Notes: generated by a model from the letters alone, not told the origin. A stretch of 32,571 bases of DNA from an uncultured Clostridia bacterium (GCA_949289715.1 CASEPJ010000155.1:1-32571); one strand, 5' to 3'. Positions 7,976-17,170 are shown, counted from the first letter of the stretch. Translations and numbers: made by a program.

Positions 7976-9613
7976 ATGATAAACGTACAGCCTTCGAATT
8001 TCATCGAAGAATTGGTATTAAACGATATTGAAACAAAAGGTTTAAAGGAAATAATTACGAGATTTCCGCCGGAGCCTAACGGATATTTGCACATAGGTCA
8101 TTCAAAGGCAATAACGGTTGATTTTAATGTTGCAAAAAAATTCAACGGCAGGTGCAATCTGAGATTTGACGACACAAATCCCGTAAAAGAAGACGTGGAA
8201 TACGTCGAATCGATAAAAGAAGATATACGTTGGTTGGGTTTCCAATGGGACGAATTAAGGTATGCGTCCGATTATTTCGACCGTTTGTTTGAAATAGCGG
8301 TTGATTTTATAAAAAAAGATTTGGCTTATGTGTGCGATCTTTCGGCGGAAGAAATTAAAGAGTATCGTGGTACTTTGAACAAACCGGGTAAAAATTCTCC
8401 CTACAGAGATAGGACAATAGAAGAAAATCTCGATTTGTTTTATAAGATGAAAGAAGGTGCTTTCCCCGACGGCAGCAAAGTGTTAAGGGCAAAAATTGAT
8501 ATGGCTTCTCCCAATATCAATATGAGAGACCCCATAATGTATAGAATTTTAAGGGCAACTCATCATCGAACGGGAGATAAATGGTGTGTTTATCCCATGT
8601 ACGACTATGCTCATCCCATGTCGGACGCCATAGAGGGTATTACTCATTCTATTTGTACGTTGGAATTCGAAGACCACCGTCCTCTATACGAATGGTTTGT
8701 TAATCATACGGATTTTGAAATTAAGCCCCGTCAGATTGAATTTGCCAGACTTCAATTGACTAGAACCATAATGAGCAAAAGGTATTTAAAAAAACTTGTG
8801 GACAATAAAAGCGTTTCGGGGTGGGATGACCCCCGTATGCCGACTTTAAGCGGACTGAGAAGGAGAGGCGTTACGAAGGAAGCCATAGCGGATTTTTGCG
8901 AGAGAATAGGAGTGGCAAAATCCAACAGTACTGTCGATGCGGGATTGTTGGAATATTGTATAAGAGAGGATTTAAATAAAAGAGCAACTCGGGCTATGGT
9001 GGTTTTAGACCCCGTTAAAGTCGTGTTAACAAATTTCGATGCCGAAGAATATTTAGAGCTGGAAAACAATCCGCAGGATGCTTCCGCAGGCACGCATAAA
9101 ATACCGTTCTGCAATGAAATTTATATAGAAAGAGAAGATTTCAAAATCGATGCGGATAAAAAGTTTTTCCGTTTAAAACCGGAAGGTTATGTCAGATTAA
9201 AAGGAGCATATATTATTAAATGCGAAACTTATGAAATTGACGAACAGGGCAATGTTCAAGTCATTTATTGTTCTGTTGTTAAAAATTCAAAAAGCGGCCA
9301 TGACGTAAGCGGAATTAAAACAAAAGCTGTAATACATTGGGTTCCGGTGAAATATGCGGTAGATGTACAGGTTCGCAATTACGATTATTTGCTTATCGAC
9401 GGAGATGAAGATAAAGATTTTTCCGAAAGGATGAATCCTAATTCCTTAAAAATTATAGACAATGCCAAAGCCGAACCTTTTATTTTGCAGTCTAAACCGC
9501 AAGACAAATACCAATTTTTAAGATTAGGGTATTTTAACACCGATTATCTGTCCTCAAGGGATAAACTTATTTTTAATTCCATTGTATCTTTAAAAGATTC
9601 AAAAGGTAAATAA
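7976..9613 (+). CDS. glnS: glutamine--tRNA ligase
   Basis: 545 aa. Class I HIGH motif [14 protein letters not shown] and a KMSKS-type IMSKR (GlnRS-type VMSKR). RBS AAGGAG. Confidence 0.9.
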   Translation: MINVQPSNFIEELVLNDIETKGLKEIITRFPPEPNGYLHIGHSKAITVDFNVAKKFNGRCNLRFDDTNPVKEDVEYVESIKEDIRWLGFQWDELRYASDYFDRLFEIAVDFIKKDLAYVCDLSAEEIKEYRGTLNKPGKNSPYRDRTIEENLDLFYKMKEGAFPDGSKVLRAKIDMASPNINMRDPIMYRILRATHHRTGDKWCVYPMYDYAHPMSDAIEGITHSICTLEFEDHRPLYEWFVNHTDFEIKPRQIEFARLQLTRTIMSKRYLKKLVDNKSVSGWDDPRMPTLSGLRRRGVTKEAIADFCERIGVAKSNSTVDAGLLEYCIREDLNKRATRAMVVLDPVKVVLTNFDAEEYLELENNPQDASAGTHKIPFCNEIYIEREDFKIDADKKFFRLKPEGYVRLKGAYIIKCETYEIDEQGNVQVIYCSVVKNSKSGHDVSGIKTKAVIHWVPVKYAVDVQVRNYDYLLIDGDEDKDFSERMNPNSLKIIDNAKAEPFILQSKPQDKYQFLRLGYFNTDYLSSRDKLIFNSIVSLKDSKGK

Positions 9614-9715
9614 ATATAAATTCCATTAAGTTATAATCGTTAAATATTTTTTATTTATAATTATTTATGGTAATTATATAAAGAAAAATTTATTAAATAC
9701 GTTAAGGAGGCTATA

Positions 9716-11239
9716 ATGAATAACGGCAATAATATTTTACAACAGTCAACTCCACTCGATACGGCAAACAAAAACAGAATTTCAGTTTTTGCCGTAATGA
9801 CAATGTATTTTATAATGTGTAGCATGTTGGAATTGATGAGAGCCGTGCTTAATTACGGATTGTTCGATTCTTTAGGCAATCAGATGATAGACGTAATATG
9901 GTCGTGTTTTTCACAAATTATTATTTTCACTTTAGTTCCCGTATTACTTTATTTATTTTATTTTAAAGAAAAAAAGTTAAAGGACAGATTATCTAATACT
10001 TTTACAAATTTGGGATTAAAGAAAAAAGTGCCGTTAAAAGTAATTTTGCTATCTATACCTGCCGGTCTGGCAATGTATTTTATAACGATTTTTGTTTCTT
10101 TTATATTTAACGTTATTTTGGTATTGATAGGTTATATGCCCAGTACCTCTGCAGGAACCACCTCAACGGAGTTTTCTGCCGTATCGTTTATTTTAAGTTT
10201 GGTTTTGACTGCGGTATTGCCGGCAATCGGCGAAGAAATTACTCACAGAGGAATGTTAGTTAACGCATTTAAAGGATGGGGAGATAAACAGGCCATTTTT
10301 TGGAGTGCATTAATGTTCGGTTTAATGCACGGCAACATACAACAGGTATTCTATGCGTCTTTAGTGCTCGGTATAATAGGCGGAATTATATCCGTTAAAA
10401 CGGGTTCAATAGTTCCCGGTATGATTTTGCATTTTATCAATAACGCAATATCGGTAGTGTTGAGCGAAACCTCTTATTACGGCGGATTCGGCTATAATTT
10501 CCAAAATTTTGCAAACAATAATGCAGTTTTGTTTTTACTGTTATTAATAGTGGCTTGTGTTTTAAGCATTTTCTATATAATTGTTTATGTTCACATTATC
10601 GTATGTTCGATGAGACCGAAATCAGAAAACGAAGTTATTATAGAACAAACGGAACAGGAAAGAAAAGAAGCGATTAAAAAGAGCTGGGAAATTTATTACG
10701 AAAATCTTTCCAAATTTTATAATAATGAACAAAAACCTTTAGACACTCCTGCACAATCCGGCAACGGTGCAAATAATTACGCTAATTTGCAAAATTCGGG
10801 GCAGAACAATCAGTTTATTCCTCCCAACGGAATTAATTATCAGAACGATTATTGGCGGCAGAATCCTAATTATCAACCTTTTAATATGCCTAACGGAAAT
10901 TATGTAAACAATAACGGTTATTATAATCAATGGAATATGCAGCCAAACTATTATTCGAATAATCAAGTACCGAATAACGGACCTTTTAACTATTCGCCTT
11001 TTAATCCTTATTTTTATAATCCATATAACCAAATGAATTTTATGGATGTTTTCAACGAAAAACAAGAATCAAAATTCATAAAATGTAAAAAACGCATGAA
11101 AATTATTATGAAGGAAAATAACGCTCCCGAATATTGCCTTACAAAAGCCGATAAATTAAAATGTTGGATTTTTATCGCCGGGGCGTTGGCAGTAAACGGA
11201 CTAGTTACTCTATATACCCTTTTAATAGGTATGATCTAA
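9716..11239 (+). CDS. CPBP (CAAX/Abi) family intramembrane metalloprotease with N/Q/Y/P-rich insert and C-terminal TM anchor
   Basis: 507 aa. CPBP motifs GEEITHRG (EExxxR), FGLMHG (FxxxH) and HFINNA (HxxxN/D). Multiple TM helices. Low-complexity region at about aa 340-447. Terminal helix WIFIAGALAVNGLVTLYTLLIGMI. Confidence 0.8.
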   Translation: MNNGNNILQQSTPLDTANKNRISVFAVMTMYFIMCSMLELMRAVLNYGLFDSLGNQMIDVIWSCFSQIIIFTLVPVLLYLFYFKEKKLKDRLSNTFTNLGLKKKVPLKVILLSIPAGLAMYFITIFVSFIFNVILVLIGYMPSTSAGTTSTEFSAVSFILSLVLTAVLPAIGEEITHRGMLVNAFKGWGDKQAIFWSALMFGLMHGNIQQVFYASLVLGIIGGIISVKTGSIVPGMILHFINNAISVVLSETSYYGGFGYNFQNFANNNAVLFLLLLIVACVLSIFYIIVYVHIIVCSMRPKSENEVIIEQTEQERKEAIKKSWEIYYENLSKFYNNEQKPLDTPAQSGNGANNYANLQNSGQNNQFIPPNGINYQNDYWRQNPNYQPFNMPNGNYVNNNGYYNQWNMQPNYYSNNQVPNNGPFNYSPFNPYFYNPYNQMNFMDVFNEKQESKFIKCKKRMKIIMKENNAPEYCLTKADKLKCWIFIAGALAVNGLVTLYTLLIGMI

Positions 11240-11255
11240 AAATTAACAAAGACGT

Positions 11256-11711
11256 ATGTTAAAAATAGAAATAATATGCATAGGTAAACTTAAAGAAAAT
11301 TATTATAAAGATGCAGAGCGGGAATATTTCAAAAGAATTTCCCGCTTTGCCGATATATCGGTAATTGAGTTGCCCGAATATGGAAATTTCGAAACGGCAA
11401 AAGCAATAGAAGTCGAGGGAGAAAGTATTTTGAAAAATGCAAACGCCTATCTTATTGCGCTAGACGTTAAGGGTGAACAATTTACCAGTGAAGATTTCAG
11501 TTTGAAACTTAAGAATTTAAAAAACAGCTATTCAAAAATTTGTTTTGTCATAGGCGGTTCGAACGGTTTATCGAAAAACGTCATAAAAAAAGCCGATATG
11601 CTGATTTCCTTCGGAAAATTTACATATCCCAGACAGTTAATGAGAGTTATACTCGCAGAGCAAATTTACAGAGCTTTGACCATCGAAAATAATATTTCGT
11701 ATCATAAGTAA
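11256..11711 (+). CDS. rlmH: 23S rRNA (pseudouridine1915-N3)-methyltransferase RlmH (SPOUT)
   Basis: 151 aa. MLKIEIICIGKLKE.Y......EY.KR, IGGSNGLS and the LMRVILAEQIYRA tail are typical of RlmH. Confidence 0.85.
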   Translation: MLKIEIICIGKLKENYYKDAEREYFKRISRFADISVIELPEYGNFETAKAIEVEGESILKNANAYLIALDVKGEQFTSEDFSLKLKNLKNSYSKICFVIGGSNGLSKNVIKKADMLISFGKFTYPRQLMRVILAEQIYRALTIENNISYHK

Positions 11712-11722
11712 CAATTATTTTT

Positions 11723-11752
11723 ATTCCGGCAAAAAATTTGCCGGAATTTTTA
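11723..11752 (+). terminator. rho-independent terminator after rlmH
   Basis: ATTCCGGC / loop AAAAAATTT / GCCGGAAT, followed by a T run. Lies 12 nt after the stop codon. Confidence 0.75.
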
Positions 11753-12034
11753 TAGCCATAATAAATTACCTCAATACTATTTTTTATATTAAAGAAATTA
11801 TCGCTTTTGTTATATAAAATTTTATATTTTTTTATGTTAATAATTTTAAAAACTTAACTGTTTAAATGAGCAATATCGATTATTCGATTTTATTTAATTT
11901 ATATATTTCTAATTTTATAAATTTATAATCGACAAGTATTTAAATATGATTAATCGGTATATAAAAAAGCAAAAAATACTGTAATTTAAATAAAATTTTT
12001 TTATCAATTAAATTTTAAAAAATCCGTTAACCGT

Positions 12035-12063
12035 TTAACAAATTATTTTTATTTACATAAAAT
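12035..12063 (+). promoter_or_regulatory. candidate sigma-A promoter TTAACA-17-TAAAAT ending 8 nt before the ATG at 12072
   Basis: Hexamers and 17-nt spacer read directly. The downstream gene has no Shine-Dalgarno. Confidence 0.35.
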
Positions 12064-12071
12064 AAAACAGT

Positions 12072-12905
12072 ATGTATGATTATTTTTCTTTAACTAAAGA
12101 TGTTAAGAGATGGCAGAAAGAAGGAGCAAAAGTTGACAGTATCGGTAAGTCTGCGGCAGGAAGAGAATTATTTTATGTAAAAGCAGGCACAGGCGATATT
12201 GCCGTTTTAATTCAGGGAGCTATTCATGCAAGGGAACACATAACGGCAAAATTAGTTGCAAATTTGGCGGATCTTTATTTGCATAAAAATTTAAAAGGTT
12301 CAATTTATTTTATTCCCATGATGAATCCCGACGGAGTGGAAATCTGCAAAAAAGGTTTTGATTGCCTATTGGATAAGAATCTTGCGGCAAAGCTCAAAAA
12401 AGAAAATCAGCTTCCCGCTTTATATAAAGCCAATGCAAACGGCGTGGATTTAAACGTAAATTTTGACGCTCGTTTTGCTAAAGGGAAAAAAAACATATTT
12501 ACTCCGTGGAGCGAAAATTATGTCGGGGCATATCCTTTATGCGAGCCGGAAAGCAAAGCATTGGCAGAATTTACCAAAGCGGCTTCTTTGAGCGGCACAA
12601 TCAGCTATCACGCAAAGGGTGAGGAAATATATTGGTATTTCGGTCAAAAAAAATTTTTCACCAGAGACGAAAAAATTGCTAAAAAGATTTCCGAAATAAC
12701 TCAATATCCGCTGAAAAAAACCCCGGGAAGCGCAGGAGGTTACAAAGACTATTGTATAATGCATTATAAAATACCATCCCTTACCATAGAAGTAGGCAAC
12801 GATAATTGCGGATATAACGAACTCTACGACGAATTTGCCTCGATAAAAGAAAAAAATTTTACAGTACCAAAAATATTTTTGAACTCTGTAATCGAATTTA
12901 TTTAA
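12072..12905 (+). CDS. M14 family zinc carboxypeptidase (gamma-D-glutamyl-meso-diaminopimelate peptidase-like, no signal peptide)
   Basis: 277 aa. HAREH (HxxE zinc ligands), MNPDGV, second His in SYHAKGE, LTIEVG. Confidence 0.8.
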   Translation: MYDYFSLTKDVKRWQKEGAKVDSIGKSAAGRELFYVKAGTGDIAVLIQGAIHAREHITAKLVANLADLYLHKNLKGSIYFIPMMNPDGVEICKKGFDCLLDKNLAAKLKKENQLPALYKANANGVDLNVNFDARFAKGKKNIFTPWSENYVGAYPLCEPESKALAEFTKAASLSGTISYHAKGEEIYWYFGQKKFFTRDEKIAKKISEITQYPLKKTPGSAGGYKDYCIMHYKIPSLTIEVGNDNCGYNELYDEFASIKEKNFTVPKIFLNSVIEFI

Positions 12906-12954
12906 TAAAAAACTGTTATATATTTTAAATATATTTGTTAATTCCTAAATGAGA

Positions 12955-12983
12955 TTGACATATTGCCAAAAAAAATGTAAACT
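12955..12983 (+). promoter_or_regulatory. candidate promoter TTGACA-17-TAAACT upstream of the GNAT gene
   Basis: Perfect -35 at 12955-12960. Weak -10 preceded by TG. Confidence 0.3.
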
Positions 12984-13024
12984 ATATTTGTGTAAGTATT
13001 TAGTTAGCAAAAGGGGGAAGCGAT

Positions 13025-13603
13025 ATGGATATAACAATAGATTTATCCAAAACGCATATAGAAACTTCAAGGGTAATTTTAAGATGTTTTCAACCGGACG
13101 ATTTATATGATTTTTTTTGTTACGCCAAGGTAAAAGGAGTTGGTGAAGCGGCAGGGTGGAATCATCACGAAACCTTAGAGGAATCGGAAAGGATTTTAAA
13201 TAAATTTTGCGAAGAAAAGAAAGTTCTTGCTTTAGAATGTAAAGAGACGGGTAGGGTGATCGGTTCAATAGGTCTGCATAAATCTTTTGCAAACGATTTG
13301 AAAGATTATTGCGATTTAACTTTGAAAGAGGTTGGTTTTGTACTTGCTAAAGATTACTGGGGCAGAGGAATTATGACCGAAACATTAAAAGTTTTTATAA
13401 AATATATATTTGACAATTTTCCCGTTCAAGCCATTACGGCAAGCTGTTTTTTGGATAATCCCGCATCCGAACGAGTTATTTTAAAATGCGGTTTTAAATT
13501 TGTATGCGAAATAGATCATTTCGCAAAGCAGTTGAATAAAACAATACCTACAAAAAGTTTTATTCTTTTAAAAGAAAAATTCAATGGCAATACCCACTCT
13601 TAA
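13025..13603 (+). CDS. GNAT family N-acetyltransferase (RimJ/RimL-like)
   Basis: 192 aa. N-terminus TSRVILRCFQPDD is typical of RimJ-like proteins. Motif-A-like YWGRGIMTE. Strong RBS AAGGGGGAAG. Confidence 0.8.
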   Translation: MDITIDLSKTHIETSRVILRCFQPDDLYDFFCYAKVKGVGEAAGWNHHETLEESERILNKFCEEKKVLALECKETGRVIGSIGLHKSFANDLKDYCDLTLKEVGFVLAKDYWGRGIMTETLKVFIKYIFDNFPVQAITASCFLDNPASERVILKCGFKFVCEIDHFAKQLNKTIPTKSFILLKEKFNGNTHS

Positions 13604-13930
13604 ATAATTAAATATAGAATTTACAATAATTAGATAAAAAATTATTCTAATAAAAAACATCTAAAATTTTTGATTTAAAAGCGGTAGCAATAAACATTAT
13701 TGACGAAAATATAATCGGTTGTATTTAAAAAACAGTTTAATTTAAAAGCGGTAATTTTTTAAAAATTTTATTATTTATTTAAGATATTTATTTTTATTTG
13801 TCGTTAATCGAATTGATTGCCGCAATACTTTATAAAAGCGAATTAAATAAGACTATTTAAAATTAAAAATGAAAATACATAATAAAGCGATGTTTTTTTA
13901 TAAAAGCATTAAATAAAACGGAATGTAAAA

Positions 13931-14410
13931 ATGGACAAACTCGAAAACAAAATAATTACCGAAGAACGCTTTATGAGGGCGGCTTTAAAGCAAGCTAAAA
14001 AAGCATTCGAAAAGGGTGAAGTTCCTGTAGGAGCGGTTATTGTTAAGGACGGTAAAATAATTGCGAGAGGCAGAAACACCAAAGAATCTACTAAAAACGC
14101 ATTGGCGCATGCAGAAATTAACTGTATATTGAAGGCGCAAAAAAAACTTAATGATTGGCGCTTAAACGAATGTGAAATGTATGTTACCATGGAACCTTGT
14201 CCGATGTGTGCGGGAGCAATATTGAATTCCCGTTTAAAAAAACTTTATTACAGTACGCCCGACTACAAGGCAGGCTGTGTCGATACATTATATTCGCTTT
14301 TAAGCGACCGACGTTTTTTGTGGCAAACGGAAACAAAGGGCGGAATTTTACAAAATGAGTGTCTTTTGCTATTACAAAATTTTTTTAAGCAAGTCCGCAA
14401 AAAGAAATAA
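13931..14410 (+). CDS. tadA: tRNA adenosine(34) deaminase
   Basis: 159 aa. CDA zinc motifs HAEINCI and PCPMCAGA. Confidence 0.9.
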   Translation: MDKLENKIITEERFMRAALKQAKKAFEKGEVPVGAVIVKDGKIIARGRNTKESTKNALAHAEINCILKAQKKLNDWRLNECEMYVTMEPCPMCAGAILNSRLKKLYYSTPDYKAGCVDTLYSLLSDRRFLWQTETKGGILQNECLLLLQNFFKQVRKKK

Positions 14411-14836
14411 CGTATAAATTTTAAACCTTTCTAAAAATTTTAAAATGATTTTATTCGGATTGTTTAACCCGATTTTTTTGGCTAATCGTATTTTTTTAAT
14501 AAATCGTAATTAATATATCAAAAATTGAAAATCCGGTTGTGTTTAGTATTAGTTTGCTTTTTTATTTAAAAGTTTACGTTTTTAAACTTTTTTTTATTAA
14601 AAACATATATTATATAAGCGTATTGTATTTCATATGCTGTTATATGCGTCTTAAAAAACAGACGAAATTTAAATGAAACAGGGGAAAATATTTAATTTAT
14701 TACAATATTTTAATGTTCATGCAATACCTAAAATATGTTTTAAGCAATCGTAATAAAAAATTGCAGGCAATAAACTATTAGTTTATTAAATGCCAAGATT
14801 TTCCTCAAATAAAAAATTTATTACATAGTCTTTTCA

Positions 14837-14865
14837 TTGACAATTTATATTAAAAATATTAAAAT
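14837..14865 (+). promoter_or_regulatory. candidate sigma-A promoter TTGACA-17-TAAAAT ending 8 nt before the ATG at 14874
   Basis: Perfect -35 at 14837-14842, 17-nt spacer, TAAAAT at 14860-14865. No Shine-Dalgarno before the ATG. Confidence 0.45.
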
Positions 14866-14873
14866 ATAAGTGT

Positions 14874-15944
14874 ATGTGCAATAAACATAATTTTTCTGTA
14901 ATTTTAATTAAAAACGAACCGCAGAATTTCAAAGCGGACTTTCCTGTTTGCGGCAGGTCTTGTTTGGAATGGATGCAGTTTGTATGCGGTGAGAATTTAG
15001 TCGGGGTTGTTGATGCTTGCGATATATTAAAACAGGCGATAACCCCCTTTTTAACCGATAGTTTATTCACGATTGTTTTAAATTCCTTATGTCCTTTGAT
15101 TACGAGAGAAACCCTTGTTGACGTCTACGAATATTTGCATTCCACAAAGAAAAACGCAATACGTTTAACTGCAGGGTATGCCTTTAAAACGGCAGAATTC
15201 AGCAATGTGGAATTGAACGCACAGCTGCCCGCCGTTTTTTTCAACGAGGAAGATTTTTTAATAGTCTGCAACTCTAAAATGCTGGCTTTTGCCGCTTCGG
15301 TGCAGAAAACGAGAATAAACAATGCTTTATTGCAAAAAGGCGTTGTTATGCCCGATCCTTCGGCGGTTTATATCGACGGAACGGTGGAAATTCAAGAAGG
15401 AGCGGTAATTTATCCCGGAAATTATATTTACGGTCAAAGCGTAATTGGCAAAAATACCGTAATTTACCCTAATTGTATAATTAAAAATACAAAAATCGGT
15501 GCAGATTGTTCAATTACCTCTTTACATTCGGAGTCGGCTCAAATAGGTAATAACGCTGCCGTGGGTCCTAATGTGAATCTTCGTCCGGGAGCGATAATAG
15601 GGGATAATACGAGAATAGGAAATTTTGTAGAAATTAAAAACGCAAAAATAGGCAACGGTACCAAAGTTGCGCATTTAAGTTATATAGGAGATGCCGTTTT
15701 GGGTGAGTGCTGCAATGTCGGGTGCGGAACGGTTTTCGCCAATTATAACGGTAAAATAAAACAGAGAACCACCGTTGGAAACCGTGTGTTTATCGGTTGC
15801 AACGCCAATTTGGTGGCTCCTTTGAATATAGGGGACGATGTTTTAATAGCTGCAGGGTCAACTGTAACAAAGGACATTCCCTCTAATGCAATGGCCATTG
15901 CACGTCCGAAACAGGAAAATAAAGAAAATTATATAAAAAAATAA
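14874..15944 (+). CDS. glmU: GlmU-like protein: intact LbH GlcN-1-P acetyltransferase domain, degenerate and shortened uridyltransferase domain
   Basis: 356 aa. The C-terminal ~205 aa carries hexapeptide repeats with HLSYIGDA, ANYNGK and AAGSTVTKD. The N-terminus aligns in outline only (FSVILIKNEPQNF..., FTIVLNSLCPLITRETL). prs is immediately downstream, as in Bacillus glmU-prs. Confidence 0.8.
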   Translation: MCNKHNFSVILIKNEPQNFKADFPVCGRSCLEWMQFVCGENLVGVVDACDILKQAITPFLTDSLFTIVLNSLCPLITRETLVDVYEYLHSTKKNAIRLTAGYAFKTAEFSNVELNAQLPAVFFNEEDFLIVCNSKMLAFAASVQKTRINNALLQKGVVMPDPSAVYIDGTVEIQEGAVIYPGNYIYGQSVIGKNTVIYPNCIIKNTKIGADCSITSLHSESAQIGNNAAVGPNVNLRPGAIIGDNTRIGNFVEIKNAKIGNGTKVAHLSYIGDAVLGECCNVGCGTVFANYNGKIKQRTTVGNRVFIGCNANLVAPLNIGDDVLIAAGSTVTKDIPSNAMAIARPKQENKENYIKK

Positions 15945-15998
15945 TTTGCAATAATTTAATTGTATTGCAGTAAAATAAATGTATTCAGGAGTTAAAAT

Positions 15999-16955
15999 AT
16001 GAACGTACACGGAACGGGGATAAAACTATTTGCCGGAAATTCATGTCTCGAACTTGCCAGAGAAATAGCCGATTGCAGAGGTATTAAACTCGGAGAAATC
16101 GATGTTTCCAAATTCAGCGACGGAGAAATAAGCGTTAATATCAAAGAATCGGTAAGAGGTTGCGATGTTTTTGTAATACAGTCTTTAACTGCACCGATTA
16201 ACGATAATTTAATGGAACTGCTTGTTATGGCGGATGCATTCAAAAGAGCTTCCGCAGGTAGAATTACAGCGGTAATTCCTTATTTTGCATATGCAAGACA
16301 GGACAGAAAAGCCCGCCCTAGAGACCCGATTACCGCTAAACTTGTAGCGGATTTATTGCAAACAGCCGGGTTTGACCGTGTTTTGACTATGGATTTGCAC
16401 GCTCCGCAAATTCAGGGATTTTTCAACATCCCCGTGGACCATTTAGTGGGAATGCCTGTATTGGCAAAATATTTTATCAATAAAGGGTTTGCTTCATCCG
16501 ACAATGTCGTTTCGGTTTCGCCCGACGTTGGCAGCGTAAAAAGAGCAAGACAGATGGCATTTAAATTAAATTCTCCCATAGCTATAGTGGACAAGCGTCG
16601 CCCTAAAGCCAATGCCGTTGAAGTTATGAATATTATCGGCGACGTCAAAGATAAAATTTGCATTATGTCGGACGATATGATAGACACCGCAGGCACCATA
16701 GTTTTAGGTGCGGAAGCTTTAAAAAATGCCGGTGCAAAAGAAGTTTACGCTTGTTGTACGCATGCCGTTTTATCGGGTGCGGCAATAGAAAGGTTGCAAA
16801 ATTCCTGTATAAAAGAAGTTATTGTATTGAATACATATCCGCTGACTCCCGAAAAGAAAATAGACAAAATTAAAGTTTTGTCTGTTGGTCCGCTTATTTC
16901 ACAGGCTATAGACAGAATTTACGGAGATAAAGCGTTGAGCGAATTATATAATTAA
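15999..16955 (+). CDS. prs: ribose-phosphate pyrophosphokinase
   Basis: 318 aa. [15 protein letters not shown] loop [19 protein letters not shown]. Confidence 0.93.
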   Translation: MNVHGTGIKLFAGNSCLELAREIADCRGIKLGEIDVSKFSDGEISVNIKESVRGCDVFVIQSLTAPINDNLMELLVMADAFKRASAGRITAVIPYFAYARQDRKARPRDPITAKLVADLLQTAGFDRVLTMDLHAPQIQGFFNIPVDHLVGMPVLAKYFINKGFASSDNVVSVSPDVGSVKRARQMAFKLNSPIAIVDKRRPKANAVEVMNIIGDVKDKICIMSDDMIDTAGTIVLGAEALKNAGAKEVYACCTHAVLSGAAIERLQNSCIKEVIVLNTYPLTPEKKIDKIKVLSVGPLISQAIDRIYGDKALSELYN

Positions 16956-16997
16956 TTTGTTCGGTTTTTCGGTTTTATCGAAAATGAAAATTAAGTT

Positions 16998-17027
16998 TTG
17001 AATAAATATAGTTAATATTGTTATAAT
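16998..17027 (+). promoter_or_regulatory. candidate promoter TTGAAT-18-(TGt)TATAAT upstream of the SAM riboswitch
   Basis: Hexamers read directly. Extended -10 TG at 17019-17020. Lies about 40 nt upstream of the aptamer. Confidence 0.4.
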
Positions 17028-17069
17028 TAAAAAGCATATAAAAACTAAAAAATATTAATAAAAAATATC

Positions 17070-17170
17070 CGCCTTATCGAGAGTGCCTTGAGGGAATGGA
17101 CCCGATGACAGCACAGCAACCGGTTAAATCCGGTGCTAATTTCCACAGAATAATATCTGGAAGATAGGGA
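17070..17170 (+). promoter_or_regulatory. SAM-I (S-box) riboswitch aptamer
   Basis: CTTATCGAGAG..GAGGGAATGGACCCGATGA..GCAACCGG...CCGGTGCTAATTTCCACAG...GGAAGATAGGG matches the S-box consensus blocks. The P1 halves are CCTTATC / GATAGGG. Located upstream of metK. Confidence 0.9.

Noticed and set aside
12945-13292. 115-aa minus-strand ORF spanning the M14-GNAT spacer and the GNAT 5' end.
   Set aside because: It overlaps the GNAT gene, which has a strong RBS and family motifs. Its translation is low-complexity and it has no RBS.
14673-14753. 26-aa mini-ORF MKQGKIFNLLQYFNVHAIPKICFKQS in the long spacer.
   Set aside because: It has no Shine-Dalgarno, no promoter-adjacent geometry and no recognisable peptide class. 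An ORF of this length is expected by chance.
14411-14873. SRP RNA, tRNA or another known RNA gene downstream of tadA.
   Set aside because: None of the conserved SRP domain IV, tRNA T-arm (GGTTCGAATCC-like), RNase P or tmRNA blocks could be found by eye. It stays listed as a finding only as an unexplained spacer.
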